A stretch of 64,000 nt of DNA from assembly GCF_037042905.1 (NCBI RefSeq), contig NC_087250.1, positions 17,920,001 to 17,984,000 on the forward strand, written 5' to 3'. The translations under genes and the position numbers were made by a program. Shown here piece after piece: positions 37,396 through 51,290 of this stretch. The DNA is from Lytechinus pictus (taxonomy: Eukaryota). Position 1 is the stretch's first letter. Each line of letters starts with the position of its first letter. The notes under the pieces were generated by a model. The model saw only the letters and a list, made by a program, of their open reading frames with translations. It made no database searches and was not told the DNA's origin.

Positions 37396-37842
37396 GTGAT
37401 CAGTTTATTTGCATAATATTCGCATAAATACTATTTATTTTATTGCTTTGCAATACACTTTTTAATAATTTACCATTTTCCAGTGATACATTAGTTTGAG
37501 AAACAAGTAAAGAATCAGTAACAAAAAATTAAATACCCATAAATGATGAATGGCTCAATTGCCATGGATTAAAAGTTTATTAGTAGAAAACTAACCACAA
37601 CCAAACCACACTAAACGATAAGGTACATGTACATGCTTTAAACAAATGCTCTTCACAAGATGAAATATAAATTTGCATAATATATATCTGCCCTTTCCTG
37701 GATAACTCAATTATAAAGGGATATTACAAAGCAAAAGAAAGGATCAACAGTCGTGCATAAAGTCATTCGTATCGTACCAACAGTTTTATGAAACGCCCAC
37801 CTGGTCTTAACTGCAGGGCATGGCAAAATATATAACCCTTAA

Positions 37843-38438
37843 AGGGGAATCCAACCCAAATAAAAACTTGGTTTTAGAGGAAAAAGTAAAATCACACAAG
37901 CTGATAGATGAAAGTTTGAACAATATCGGACAAACAATAAGAAAGTTATGATTATTTAAAAGTTGTAAATATTAGTAATCACTATACCCATGGAGACTTC
38001 AAATTGGCCGCATATAAGATGTCATAGTGATGTAAGGCAAGGACTACTCTTCCATGTACTCCAATACATGAAATGGCTAAAATGTCATTATTTTCAAAAG
38101 TCTTACTTAAAATTGTAATTTTCTTTCATGAGGACATAAAACAATAGCACTACCTGGGTCATATTTAGATTACTGCCCCAGGGGAAAGGGTACTTTAGAA
38201 GAAAACCACAAATCCCTGATAATTAAGTTCATGGCCTATGAGAAAGTTGTCCTTGCCCCTTGTCATAATTTTCTTACTCAGTTGCCAATTTGAAATCTAC
38301 ATAGTATTACAGATCTCGATTTAAAAACAGCCATAACTTTCTGATTGCTTATCTGATTTCTTTCAAACTTTCATCATTCTTTTTTATTTATTTTTCTTCT
38401 TTCCAACACAAAATTTGTGGCCAAGGCTGGATTCCCCT
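37843..38438. mobile_element. Kolobok-type MITE
   Basis: ttaa|aggggaatcca..tggattcccct|ttaa. Confidence 0.82.
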
Positions 38439-39705
38439 TTAAGAGTCGACACTTCTATTAAATCTAGTAGAAAGGGTTATTATTAAAACGACAACGCACA
38501 AAACTCATATACAATTACATAATGACATACCTGTAATCTTGGCAGTAGTAAGTCAAAAGTCAACATCGATGCAATCAATGAGTTAGGTTCACATAGTTAC
38601 AGCTAACGACAGAGTTCTGGCTTCTGGTGGACAGGCCTACTGGTAGTGCTACCCCCGGGGTACTACCATCATTCACAGTCATATAATGAAAACAAAACAT
38701 TGAATCAAGATCGAGTAATGATGATTTTGATTTAAGAAAATCTCTAGCCTCTTATTGTAGGAAGAATAGCATTGAAGATCGAGGAAAGTCCTTGACACAG
38801 GTCCTTTCTGCTCTGGGATTCGCGTTTCATGTGCTTTTTGCGTATGATTATGGGTGTGTACCTACATGACATAAGGGGTATTCCCCGTTACGTGTAAAAT
38901 GCAGCCGCCGTGCTTAAATTCTACCGATCTCCAAGTTCTTTGCGTTCTAAAGTCTCGTTTGACTACTCGCTCTTTATAAAATCATAAAAATGAGGTTTTT
39001 ATTGTGGTGGGTGGCGTCAGAATTTGCTGTTTTGGGGCCTAACTATGCGGGTGTGATTCGACGAAAGTAAATATATACTTGTATTCGAAAGTTTGTATAG
39101 ATTAGAACTGCACCAAACTAGCCCTGAGTCTGACGCCATTCGGGCCGTGCGCAGTATGCACCAACCAAAATACATTTTATTTGTCCCAAAATTACATAAC
39201 ACACATTAATATAATGATATCATCAGTGACCAATCAGCGACGAATGTATCACCATAGACACTGACTGTGTATCCTCATTAATTATGATTCATACACATCC
39301 ATGTACTACATGTACTAGGCTACGTGTAAATGTGTGTATATTAGTGCATGACTACACTTTGAGTGCAAAGAACTTGAATGCTGATCGTCTGACTCTGGAA
39401 AATGAATGGCATTAGAAAAAATGCCGGAAAAATGTGTTTGTTGTTGATCAGCGTGCGTATTACAGATAATACAAAGTTCTGTGACCTACAGTTGTATTCA
39501 CTCTGAGAATAATAATGCAAAGGGAATTTCAAAATTTTACACAAATCGTTGCAATTTTTATATTAAAAAAAACATTAAAAACAACGATGCAATGTCACTG
39601 TTATCAAGAATTTCTTTCGTTTCCTTCCATATAATACACATCTGTGAATGATTTGATTTGAAATGTAAAAAAATGCGCAAATTTATATAAAGATCGCATA
39701 TTATA

Positions 39706-40091
39706 CAGTGCGTCCCAGAAAAAACGAAACCGAGATTAAGCGATGATTTATCATAATTTAATCACAAATACAATAGACAAATGACCTACCAATGTAAGGC
39801 TTAGAATCTCCTTTTTCATCTGATATTGCTTAGATTATTCCTTATTCACGCATGAGTGAGCAAGAACAATTTGAAGAAAGGACACCAAAAACTCATTTGG
39901 CGGGGGTATCTGAATTTCAAAAAGAAAATCACGTGCCTAAAAATTTCAATATCTGCTCTTTTATTTGATACCTTAATCACAAAAAATGGTCAAGAAGTAA
40001 AAAAGTTATTTTCCCTCGAAACAATGCTTGTATTTCCATAATTTCATTAAATAAACGTGCTTTCACCGGTTTCCCACAGAAGCTATCGCAT
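39706..40091. mobile_element. Half copy of the same Tc1/mariner MITE
   Basis: Near-exact reverse complement of 58533..58918; another fragment at about 62785..62900. Confidence 0.85.
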
Positions 40092-40888
40092 CAGCAGCGT
40101 AACAGGGGTCGGTGGCCAGCCCGGGGGGGGGGGGGGGGGCAGGAGCAAAAATTTTCCCGGTCATATCATGTTATGAACAGGCGTAATGGTGTAATGAGGC
40201 GACAGTTTTTAGAGGGCCAGATATTGCGTATCGGCAGAATTTCTCTTAAAAAAAAGTTGCGAGCGAGCGAAGCGAGCGAGCAAAAATTTTGACATTCTTA
40301 AAACGAAAATCCAATTATGTGATAGATTTTGACATGATATCCAGAGAATAATATATTTCATTCTTCTCTCTTTCCATTCCCTTTTTTGTGGTCTGTACCC
40401 CACTGTAAACAGGATTCTTTGCAGCAGTAGCGTGAAGAGTACAAAAAACGAGGGGCACAGTATGGCGCATGTGCTAAAAAGCTGCTTAATATAAATCCCG
40501 AGCGACTAAGCGAGCGAGAAAAAAATCACCTTTTCATGAGAATATAATTTTGAGAAATGTTTTGTCATTATATTCAGTAAATAAATTCACATTCCTTCAC
40601 TTTTCATTGGCTTTTCTTTCCTCCTTTTTTTTGCTCTTGGTTGTAGAACTTTTGGGGCCGTGGCCCAACCCTTCCATACTCATATACGGCATGGCAAATT
40701 GGCAATGCGGTTGTGGTCTTGATATCAAAGCCATTTAAACCTCGCAGATTGCCGCTATTTTTAATCAAATCGCGGGTACATACAGAAAATAGCTTTTACA
40801 CAACACATTTATTCAACCCAGTTGCGTAATGAACCAAATATTTTTCAAAAATTTGTAACAAGCCGCCAGCCCTTTTTTACAGCTCTCC

Positions 40889-41706
40889 TTTCGGATAACA
40901 TAAAATGAGACATCTTCCATCTTACTTGAAAATTATTTTAATATTTGTGGCATTAGGACATTTACTATACATTCGATGGATAAACGAATTTAAGTTGTGT
41001 AAAAAAATCAAACTGTTGATAGTTTTCACAAACTTTTATTTTGAGGAAATCGTGGTTTAATATGTCACTGTACCATATAAATTATGTGTGTGTAATATTC
41101 AAATTTGAAATGTATATTTAATAGACTTATAATTTGAAACTCCAAATAAAAAAGGATCGCATATCAAAGATAATCAAACATTTTTACATATTCCGTCAAA
41201 ATATAAAAATGCGTGATTTTCGACATTCTTTGAGATTTTATGCTAAAAATGACACTTTCACGCAAAAGTGCACTTGATATCTGCCCGTACGTTAATCCTC
41301 AGTATTTCTGCAAGACTTAAAGCTGGGATGCTAACAATTGACAAATTTTGATATCCAAAGTATAAAAACTCGTTTTAGTATGTACTTATGCATGTAATTA
41401 TGGACATAATGTACCGTATTTTCAATTTTTCTTTCAAAATGCACAAATGGTAAAATACACATTGTCTTTTCGGATAACATAAAATAAGATATCGTCCATC
41501 TTACTTGAAATTCTTTTAATATTTGTGGCATTAGGACATTTGCTATACATTCGATGGATAACCGAATTTAAATTGAAGAATTTAAGTTGCGTAAAAAACT
41601 TCAAACTATTGATAGTTTTCACAAACTTTTATTTTGAGGAAATCGCGATTTTATGTTTCACTGTGCCATATATGTGTTGTGTAATATTCAAATTTGAAAT
41701 GCATAT
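40889..41706 (+). repeat. Direct duplication of about 230 bp (40889-41116 and 41468-41706)
   Basis: tttcggataacataaaat..gtaatattcaaatttgaaatg present twice. Confidence 0.85.
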
Positions 41707-42032
41707 ATACTTTTAGCTGGGATGCCAAGTATTAGCAAGCATTAACAAATGTTGCCGTTCAAAGTATAAAAATCGTTTTGGCCGGTCTACTATAAACATG
41801 TTGCCTATCAAACTGTTGCAACTCTGAGTAATTCCTTTTTTTTCTTCTGCTATAGATATAGCATGCCCTCTCAATAATCTTATTTTCTTTCTCAAGGCCC
41901 CTTTAACATCGATTATTGTGATTTTATTTAGTTTTTACCAAAATGCAATGCCCTTTACTCTTAAAAAGTACACGGTTACAACAGACGTTGTTTATCGTTA
42001 CAGTGTGCATATACCGAATCCTTGGCTCCTTA

Positions 42033-43252
42033 GGCTGGGTTCACATAGAAGTATACGGTATACGGTATTCGCTATTTGCTATTCGCTATACGCTATACGG
42101 GCATGGCGGGTCACATAAAGGTAGCACGCGTGTCTTACTTTAATATTCAAAATGGATACTTCAGACGAAGAAGATTTGGCTCTTCTCCTACTGGCCGAGG
42201 CTGAGGAGGTACATAATTATAAAGTTAATTTCTGAAAAAAAAAAAAAAGAAATCATATTTTTTCTACATAACTTACTAAGATTCGAAAATAAGCTTGTTT
42301 TGGACTAACTTCAAGCAGAGAAGTCACCTCTGCAAATTATTAAACTTCTATGTAATACAACTTTTAATGATTTTTTTTTAATGGGGTTAATTCAGCCAGT
42401 CCGTCGAGATGGGCTTATTTGCGCCATATGATTTTACACACTAAAAACTAAAATTTTATTTTGGGGGAGGGGGGGGGGGGGGTTGAGGAATGTTATTGGA
42501 AATACTGCAGCTATGTTTCCAAATTTATATTTTAAGATTTCAAACCTGTATCAGCCTAATTGATTTTATCAATCATTCCTATTTTTGCTTTGATGACGTC
42601 ATTTTTAGGGGGGGGGGGGGGGCTTGATTCTACTCCCCCATCCCAGCTTTGTGAAATCATAGCAAAAGTGAAATAATAAATAAATCATTTTATAAACAAT
42701 ATTTTCTTGAATGAAATCTATTTCCACATTATTATCGACTTATTATAAGAATAATTAAGTAATTAATTAAACATGACTCAGCGATACACAACAACATAGG
42801 TCAAGTAGCCTTCGCTGCGGACCTTTTTGACCTTGTATCTTCAGTCATTTCAAGGTAAAAAAAGACAGAACGAAAAATGCAGAGCCCACATAAATCATAT
42901 AATAAACTCTGAAGTGCTGAATAACTTAAATATGACGGCATGTGCTAGAAATTTCAATAAAAAGAGTACCAAGAAATCATTTCATTTGAACTTACCTCAT
43001 TTAACCAACGCACACATTAAATATTATAGGGAAATTCAGAACACCACCTGCCACGTCTGTATACGCTGCACGAAAATCGAACAAGTACGATTCCTACTAT
43101 ACTATACTATACGCAGCTATACGGCATTTTTGTATAGTGCCCTCTCATGTGACCCGGTATTAGAAAATCCTATTGTTCGATTCAAGCTATTCGCGTGCCC
43201 TCGAAAACGTGCACTGTATACCCGAATAGTATACTTCTATGTGAACCCAGCC
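42033..43252. mobile_element. PIF/Harbinger-type non-autonomous transposon
   Basis: 24-bp perfect TIR ggctgggttcacatagaagtatac; TTA duplication; relic MDTSDEEDLALLLLAEAEE at about 42152. Confidence 0.88.
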
Positions 43253-43409
43253 TTATGGCAACATTGCCATCCAATGGTAACGCTGATCAACAGCCAATCA
43301 AAATCAAGCAGCAACTGAACCCTTGTCTACATTGAGGCTCGTTTGAGGAAACATTTTGCTAATTGTAATTGTACCGCCCTCTACGTCGCAAATTGGTGTG
43401 AAAACCGTA

Positions 43410-43590
43410 ACTGGGCGTTGTGGCGTGCGCCTGTAATCCAGGCTGTGGGGAAGTTACAAATTGATACATAGGTTCTCGGGGTTCGAGCCCTGGTCACATC
43501 TTTCGGATGGTGACGTTAATGGTCGGTCCCAGACGAAAATAATCATTTTTGATTGATGCACGTCTGACAAAAATCAAATCACACACATAC
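43410..43590 (+). mobile_element. SINE-like element with 7SL (Alu-domain)-like head
   Basis: ctgggcgttgtggcgtgcgcctgtaatccaggct resembles the 7SL 5' end; B box gttcgagcc; tttcggatggtgacgttaa core; CA-rich tail. Confidence 0.6.
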
Positions 43591-43744
43591 GTACAGGTTT
43601 CACTTGCACTTTTGGTATCAATTAGGAATAATTATTTTCAAACCCGACTACATAACTGTTTCGTAGTTTTAAAAATTGCCTTTGCTTCCCCTAAGAAGGA
43701 AAAGTGAATGAAAATATTCTTATTGCAAATTTTTTTTTTTTTTG

Positions 43745-46700
43745 AGTGAGCGCCCTGCGTGGCTGCCTTTCACTCTGTGCTCTAAGTTTTGTCATTTTCT
43801 TGAGTTATTCTGGAATATCATTCTTATTATTGTGTGTTACCTGTATTGTATATGCTTTGTGAATCTCCTGGACCATTTTTGTGTCGTGTATTTCAGAAAT
43901 TTGGACGAAAATCAGTAATTTGGATTTGAGGTTTGTACACTCTCTGAGTACTTCTTGATTGTACAGTAGCCATACTACAGCTTTCATGTTCATGTACAGT
44001 ATATGCTTGTGCACTCAACTGCACTATTATGAATAGGCCTTTTCCCTATTGTATCTGACAGAGCCACTAAGTATCTTAAGCTCTGGGCCTATTCACAACT
44101 AAGTGATACTAAAGGTAAATACAATGGAATGAATGAGGTGTTTGTTTATTATGAGTCTAATTCTGACTCTTCTTCCATATACATGTAGGGCTGCCTGTCA
44201 CATCTATACAGCCCCATGCACTTATAATGCATATCCTAATGTGAAGACTTGTAGTGATATGTCTTTGAGGGTAAAAAGGTTACTCAAAAGCATGTATTAT
44301 AAGAATGCAAGCCCCACTTTTCAACTAACACTACTAACCAGTGGGGATATTGAAATTAACCCTGGCCCTTCTCCTAATGTATCTAAGGATCATACATGTA
44401 TGATTGATAACAATACAAATGTATGTACAAGTATAGTGTTACAGAACTTTTACAACTTAACCCCTACAATGTCAACATAAGTCTGCCTCGCAAGACCCTT
44501 CGGATTGATGATGAGACTTGGCAGCAAATTACTGCACTGCGGATTAACAGAGTTAAGAAGACACACAGAGGAAAGAGAGCAGGAAGACAGCATAGGGATA
44601 ACTTAGAGAAACTCTCCATGAAATTAAAAAGAACTCACTTGAATACAGACTTTTCAAGTAAAAACATCAAATTTGCTATGTTAAATGCAAGATCGGTGAA
44701 GAACAAAACTGCTGAACTTGTCGACTACATTCTTGACCATGAGTTGGACATTGTTGCTGTCTGTGAAACCTGGCTCACACCGAACGATGCTGCTGTGATT
44801 GGTCAGCTGACACCACGCGGCTTTACCTTCAAGTACATTCCCAGAGCCGGTAAACGAGGAGGAGGGGTAGCTGTGCTGTTCAAGAGTCAACTAGATGTCA
44901 GAATCCTGGACTCTCCGAATATAACATCATTTGAAATGATCCAAATGTCGCTCAATCACAAACATAAAGTCTTGCATCTGATAAATGTGTATCGTCCACC
45001 TACTCCAACACAGTTTCAGACTTTCTTGGAGGAATTCTCTAATGTTCTTGATGGACAGCTCCTGTGTTCTTCTGACTTGCTGATTGCAGGGGATTTCAAC
45101 ATACCAATGGACTTGTCAACTCCTACTTCTAAATCATTTTCTGAGTTGTTAACAGCCTACAACATGGTTCAACATATTAATGAGCCAACCCATAACCGTG
45201 GCCATGTTCTAGATTTGCTCATGACCCATAATGATAATACTGTTAACCTTTGTAATATTTGTGTTGAAGAAGGCATACCTGACCATTCAGCACTGATGTG
45301 CGAATTAGGCCTTCCAAAACAAACCAACCAGAAGAAAATAGTAACAACACGAAATTTGAAATCTGTTGACCCGAAAGAGTTTGCAGATGACACCCATGTT
45401 AAGTCTCTTATATCAGGTTGTTTACATGTTAATGGTGTCGATGAAGAAGTGGATATGTATAATACCTTACTCAGCTCTGCTCTTGATAAGTTGGCACCTG
45501 AGAAGCAGCTGCAGGTTACAATTCACCCCAATACCGATTGGTACACCCCATAAATTACTCAAGAAAAATTGATTCGAAGACAATTTGAAAGACGATTTAG
45601 GTCCACAAGGTTGGAGATTCACAAGCAGATATATCGTGACCAAAAGCAACGTGTCAATACTTTGATAAAGAATGCTAAGTTACAATACCATTCGAAAAAG
45701 ATTGAGGATTGTGTGAAAGACACAAAAAAATTGTACAAAGTTGCCAATGATTTGCTTAACAGGAAACAAAAATCTCCTTTACCAGAACATCTCACTCATG
45801 GTGATCAGGCTGAGCTAGCAAATTGCTTCGATCAGTATTTTGTAGATAAGATTCTAACAATCCGGCAGTGCCTTTTAACTCCTGCCTTACACTCAAATGA
45901 CACTGTTAGCGAAATTAAGTCAGAATTGAGGGAATTTCGACCTGTCACTATCAGTGTGATTGAAGTATTAATACAAAATTCTCCAAACAAATCATGTGAA
46001 CTTGACCCAATCCCAACAGATTTGGTTAAGAAATGTTCCACAGTTCTGTTGCCTGTCATTACTAGAATAGTAAATACAAGTCTTAGTTCGGGAGTTGTAC
46101 CACAGGTCTGTAAAAAAGCTGTCATCCATCCGACGCTAAAAAAATCAGGCTTAGATCAAGAGTGTTTGAAAAGTTACCGCCCGATATCAAACCTGTCTTT
46201 TTTAGGTAAACTACTGGAAAGGGTTGTTTTCTCACAACTAACATCATATTTACAAGATAATGAGTTACTTGACCCACATCAATCCGCGTACAAGCCTGGT
46301 CATAGTGTAGAAACACTACTAGTTAACTTAACAGATACTATTTATAGAGAAATGGATAATGGCAACATTACAGCACTCATTATGCTTGATATGAGTTCAG
46401 CATTTGACACAGTAGATCACACTATCCTAATTGAAAGGCTGAACTCATTAGGTATCAATGGGACTTCCCTTGCTTGGTTCATATCCTATCTATCAGAACG
46501 ATCTCAATATGTTAGAATCGGTAGTACTATCTCAGGTTTAACTATTCTGAAGTTTGGGGTACCCCAGGGCTCTGTTGGAGGTCCACTGCTCTATTCCCTC
46601 TATATGCAACCAATCAGCAAGATATTTCGTAAACATGGCATAAAACACCATTGTTATGCCGACGACATACAACTCTATTTGTCTTTTCAACCCTCAATGT

Positions 46701-47662
46701 CATCACTGAACTCTGCTATCACAAAACTTGAAGCATGTCTACAAGACCTTAAGACATGGCTTGTATCTAATTGCCTGAAACTGAATGATGATAAATCAGA
46801 ATTCTTAATACTTGGATCGAAGTTTATGCTTAGTAAAATTGACTTTCAGTCATGTCATGTCCATCTTGGTAGCTCTTGTATCACTCCGTCTAAAACAGCC
46901 CGCAATCTTGGGGTTATATTTCATCAGGAAATGACTTTTCGCAACCATATCACTCAAGTCCAACAAAATGTCAGATATCAACTACGTAATTTGAGTTTCA
47001 TCAGAAAGTCACTGTCTAAACCTGCAGCCGAGATACTCATCCATGCTTTAATTTCATTCCGTTTAGATTTTTCAAACTCATTGTTCTGTAACCTCCCACA
47101 AAAAAGATTTGACAAAACTTCAACGTCTACAAAACTCTGCTGCCCGTCTCCTAACTTACACTAAAAAGTATGACTCCATCTCGCCAATCCTCCAGTCCTT
47201 ACATTGGCTGCCTGTTGGTAAAAGAATCACCTTCAATTTTTTTTTACTAATACATCATTCAATTTATTCTCTCTTCCCCACATATCTCAGCAGCTCTATT
47301 TCAAAATATCAACCTTCGCGTAGTCTTCGCTCATCATCTGATGCTCTATTGCTCCAGACACCCAGAACAAAACACAAATGAGGGGACCATGCATTCTCTG
47401 TTATAGGACCAAAGCTATGGAATCAACTGCCTATCCAATTACGCCAAATTTCATCAACAGAAACATTCAAGTCCCAGTTGAAAACTTATTTAATCTCCCA
47501 TTAACAATTTAATATTGTATTTATTCAGAAGAATTCAGATTCTATTCTTGTTTGTTTTCTATTGCTGTGTTTTGTGTTTATTTTCCTTGAAGCGCCATGA
47601 GCACCGAAAGGTAGACCTGTGCGCTATATAAGTAGCCACCATTATTATTAATATTATTATTA
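43745..47662 (+). mobile_element. L2/CR1-group LINE, decayed, with N-terminal 2A-like peptide
   Basis: ORFs 44133, 44423, 45569 and 47109 give 2A, APE (NARS, CETW, GDFN), RT (QGS, YADD) and LHWLP; frameshifts and a stop at 47379-47381; stem-loop and (ATT)n tail; 5' boundary approximate. Confidence 0.92.
44346..44369 (+). other. 2A/StopGo motif DIEINPGP
   Basis: LLTSGDIEINPGP matches D(V/I)ExNPGP. Confidence 0.85.
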
Positions 47663-48803
47663 ATAAATCGAACTGATATCCAAACAAATTTAAATATGAA
47701 AGTGTAGGTGTAGGATAGGTATTGTATTTAAACTGTTAAACTGTTCTTGGTAGTGAAGATGATATGAAAATGTATACCGATCAATTTGAAAACATCCCTT
47801 ATGGGTTACGCATACACATTCTTGCAATTTCATTCACAGATTATCAGTGTACCCGTCCAGGAATTCCTCTTGGCCTTGACGTCATAGATTCACAGCATCT
47901 CGAGGATCAGACCTACAAGTAAGTCACTGCAAGATTACACGGACCAGAGTGCTGGCAACCTTGAATTCATGACAAAGTGCAGTGGTTACAGATTGATTAA
48001 TAAACACCCTCCTCGTTACTGGTCTCTCCATGCAGGGAAGTGCTAATGAAGATTATTTCGTCACAGCTTTTACTTTGAAATACTCCCTCATAAGCACAGT
48101 ATTGATAGTCTGTAAAGATGAACTAGAACAAGTTAAGGTGATACATTTACTTTCTGTATTTTGTTTCTTTGTGATATTGAGATGGAGTAAAGCAGATGCT
48201 ATTATTGATACTACTTCAATGAAGGTTTAAACAAATAAATCAGCACTCAATGTCAAGGTCAAAGCAATAAATTTGCGTGGGTACTTGTATTTATTATTTC
48301 CATTATTGAGATTAAATACCGGTTTCATACAAGTTTCAGTATTTTCAATTTGAGTTTGGCGACTGCAGGTAGTTACTGTTCTGAGTAGTCTAAATACAGT
48401 TGCTACGACCTCGTTGGGTTACGCTGCTGTGGAATCGAACATGTGCCATTCTCTTAACCCTATCTCTCGCTCTCTTTCTCATTGCTGTTTCCCAATTATT
48501 TTCCAGGTAACGCTGACGGTCCCTGTTACGGTACATTCTGGTAAATTACCAAAATGTGGGCAAAGTGTTGTTGATCTTCGTGTCTATATATGTTTCTAAC
48601 AAGACTGTCTTGACATCAGAGCATTTAGTGTTTACTAGGTCAGGCAATCAAGGTGATCGCTGCTGAGGTAAGTAATCTTGGAATAGAATTCGCTTGGATT
48701 GTGTTGTGAGCCTATTCATTCATGAAACACATCACACTCATTTAATTGCTTTAAACGCTGTTGTCCCCCCCTTGTCATAAATTGACAGAACAAGGAAATA
48801 TTA

Positions 48804-49047
48804 CACTGCAAAAGCACCGGTGTTGATTTAACACCAGCCCGAAATTTATATATGTCCACACCAAAGAAGTGTAAAACTGCACCAGTTTGGTTTCGGTCTA
48901 ACACCAAATAACTGTTTATACAACACCAAATAGTATTAAAACAGCATGGGTTTGATTCAAAACTGGTGCTGTTTCAATACTTCTCTGGTGTGGACATATA
49001 TATAGATTCCGGGCTGGTGTTAAATCAACACCCGAGTTTTTGCAGTG
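48804..49047. mobile_element. Foldback MITE with CACTG termini (EnSpm/CACTA-like)
   Basis: About 85-bp imperfect inverted arms; TA on both flanks. Confidence 0.8.
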
Positions 49048-50424
49048 TACAATATCACAAAAACATGCTATGAACACAGAAATATCGAGTCGGATATAAA
49101 TGCTTTATTTCCCAATGTATAATAAAAGTTTATTGTCAAGATACAGAGATCAAACTTTTTTAAAGAATACAGTACACCAATCAATACAAAGTACGACGTT
49201 GAATCTTACATTTATTGTTTTTGCTTCTCCATTCTCAAGATATGAGATTATAATAAAAATTCCAAATCTTGAGAAAGGTTTTTGTTAATACGTTCAGTCT
49301 AATCACTTTGTTGTTGAATTTGTTTGATCCCAAATGACCACTATACAAATATTCCGACTCCTTTAGCATCACAATTACACTAAGAAATATACACGAGTAC
49401 AATTCTAAACTACTTCAAACAAGTCAAATGAATCGTAAAATTAAACAAAATAATAATCAGATAATTTATAAGCATCTGACTCACCTCAAACTTGTGTAAC
49501 ATACCCAAAATTATAAAAGATTCTCAAATCAATTTATATGTACTTGTAAACGATATGGAATAGCATTGATATGTAATCATTATTTATATACAGCTTGTTC
49601 AGAAAATACTATCGAACCATCGTCGCAGAAGCTTTATCACCATCATAATAATAATTTTATGAACGTCATAATGCATGATCATTGCATATAAAGCGATCAT
49701 TTCAGCTGCAGTACACATTTCTAAATAGCTTGTCTCTACAACATCACGAAGCGTATATCGAATACCAATATTATATTCACAAGTAATTTTGAATACGCAG
49801 CTGTATTTTATTTTGATTGTCGATCGACTGTAAATTTCCCTTTTTCCCCAAATATTAGATATACCTATGGGGTACATTTTATGAAAACATGGATAACCAT
49901 GGAACACATTACGGTATACTTTTTCAATATGAGGTATGAATAATAGAGAGTAAACAAATTGCGTGCGACATCCTTTGTTTTGGAAATCCCCTCATTGTTT
50001 CTTTTGTCAGCTATTCTTGTTCATACTCTATAAATGTTCTGCGTCTTGTGTGGATGGTACAGAATAAAGACGCGTTCCAGTGGATGTATATTTCTATAAA
50101 ATGTTTTAATCACGTTCAAAATTTGTTTTCTTGTTTGTCTTGTTGATATAAAATGGCTACGCAAGTGTGGAATTACGTGAAAATGAAAGGGAATAATCAT
50201 TGTTTATATCTTTCTGATATGCTACCACTGTAGTCGTAAGAATATATCATTTTGTATTGAAAGAAAATGAATAACCAAGAGTGTGTGATAACTATTTACA
50301 AAAGCAGCGTCGAAATATTTACAAAGAAACGATATAATCCTTTTTCTAAGATTTGTATGCTCGCTTATAATTTTAGTAAAGTTCAAGTTCAAGTTTTATT
50401 TTTCATTTCCATTATCAACATTAT

Positions 50425-50505
50425 AAGCAAATACAAATCAAACATACATTATAAATATAAGCAAATACAAATCAAACATACATTATAAATATAAACAAAT
50501 ACAAA
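50425..50505 (+). repeat. 34-bp tandem duplication
   Basis: aagcaaatacaaatcaaacatacattataaatat about 2.4 times. Confidence 0.85.
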
Positions 50506-51087
50506 TGAAATATGATAACAATGATTGCAAATCAATTACAAGTTCCAAAATATTTGTAAAATAGATTTAACAGAATCTGATATGGAAATGAGTCACATTG
50601 TGAAACGTTTACCAAAAACTTTTACACGTTAGATGGCCTTCAAATCTAAATTCAATGGAATGATTAATGAAATCGTAGCTAGGTCAATGAATCAGAGATA
50701 TGAATATAACATTAATAAACATAAATTGTCAACCAGGTGGTACCTTTCATAAAATAAACAACTTGAAACTTGCAATTCGAACTGAGAATATCGGAGTTGG
50801 TTGTAACATAGGTAGATCGACGTTTAACATCTCAGTAAAAGGCTAATAAGGATTACACAAAACAGGATATATAAACAATAAAATGAAAGATTATAAACAC
50901 CGAACAAATATATTTCAGTAAATCTGCAAAAATCGTAGACTTGAAATGAGTAAATCTTTCATTGATACTACCTTACCCAATGACCGGGCCCAATGACTGA
51001 AGAAGGAAGCTAAGATTTGATACAGTATGTGTCATAATGACAAATCTGCCTTTTATATAATTATATTTCTATCTTTCATAAAATGGT

Positions 51088-51290
51088 AAGTCAAAAGGGG
51101 CCTAAGCTTTCGATCCTAGCAGAATCTTCGCGTCGGAGGCAAAATGAAAAAAAAAAAAAAAAAAAAAAAATTTTGCCTCCGACGCGAAGATTCTGCTAGG
51201 ATCGAAAGCTTAGGCCCCTTTTGACTTTCTAATTTACTCCATTGGCTCTTTTTTATTAGATAAGCAGTTTTCAGCAGCTTCTTTTTGCCA
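51088..51290. mobile_element. Penelope-like remnant: 58-bp perfect inverted repeat around poly-A, 14-bp flanking direct repeat
   Basis: Arms 51088-51145 and 51170-51227; tttcataaaatggt at 51074-51087 and 51291-51304. Confidence 0.65.

Noticed and set aside
43410..43455. True 7SL gene or human Alu contamination
   Set aside because: Similarity stops after about 45 nt; no S domain, no Alu dimer, no poly-A.
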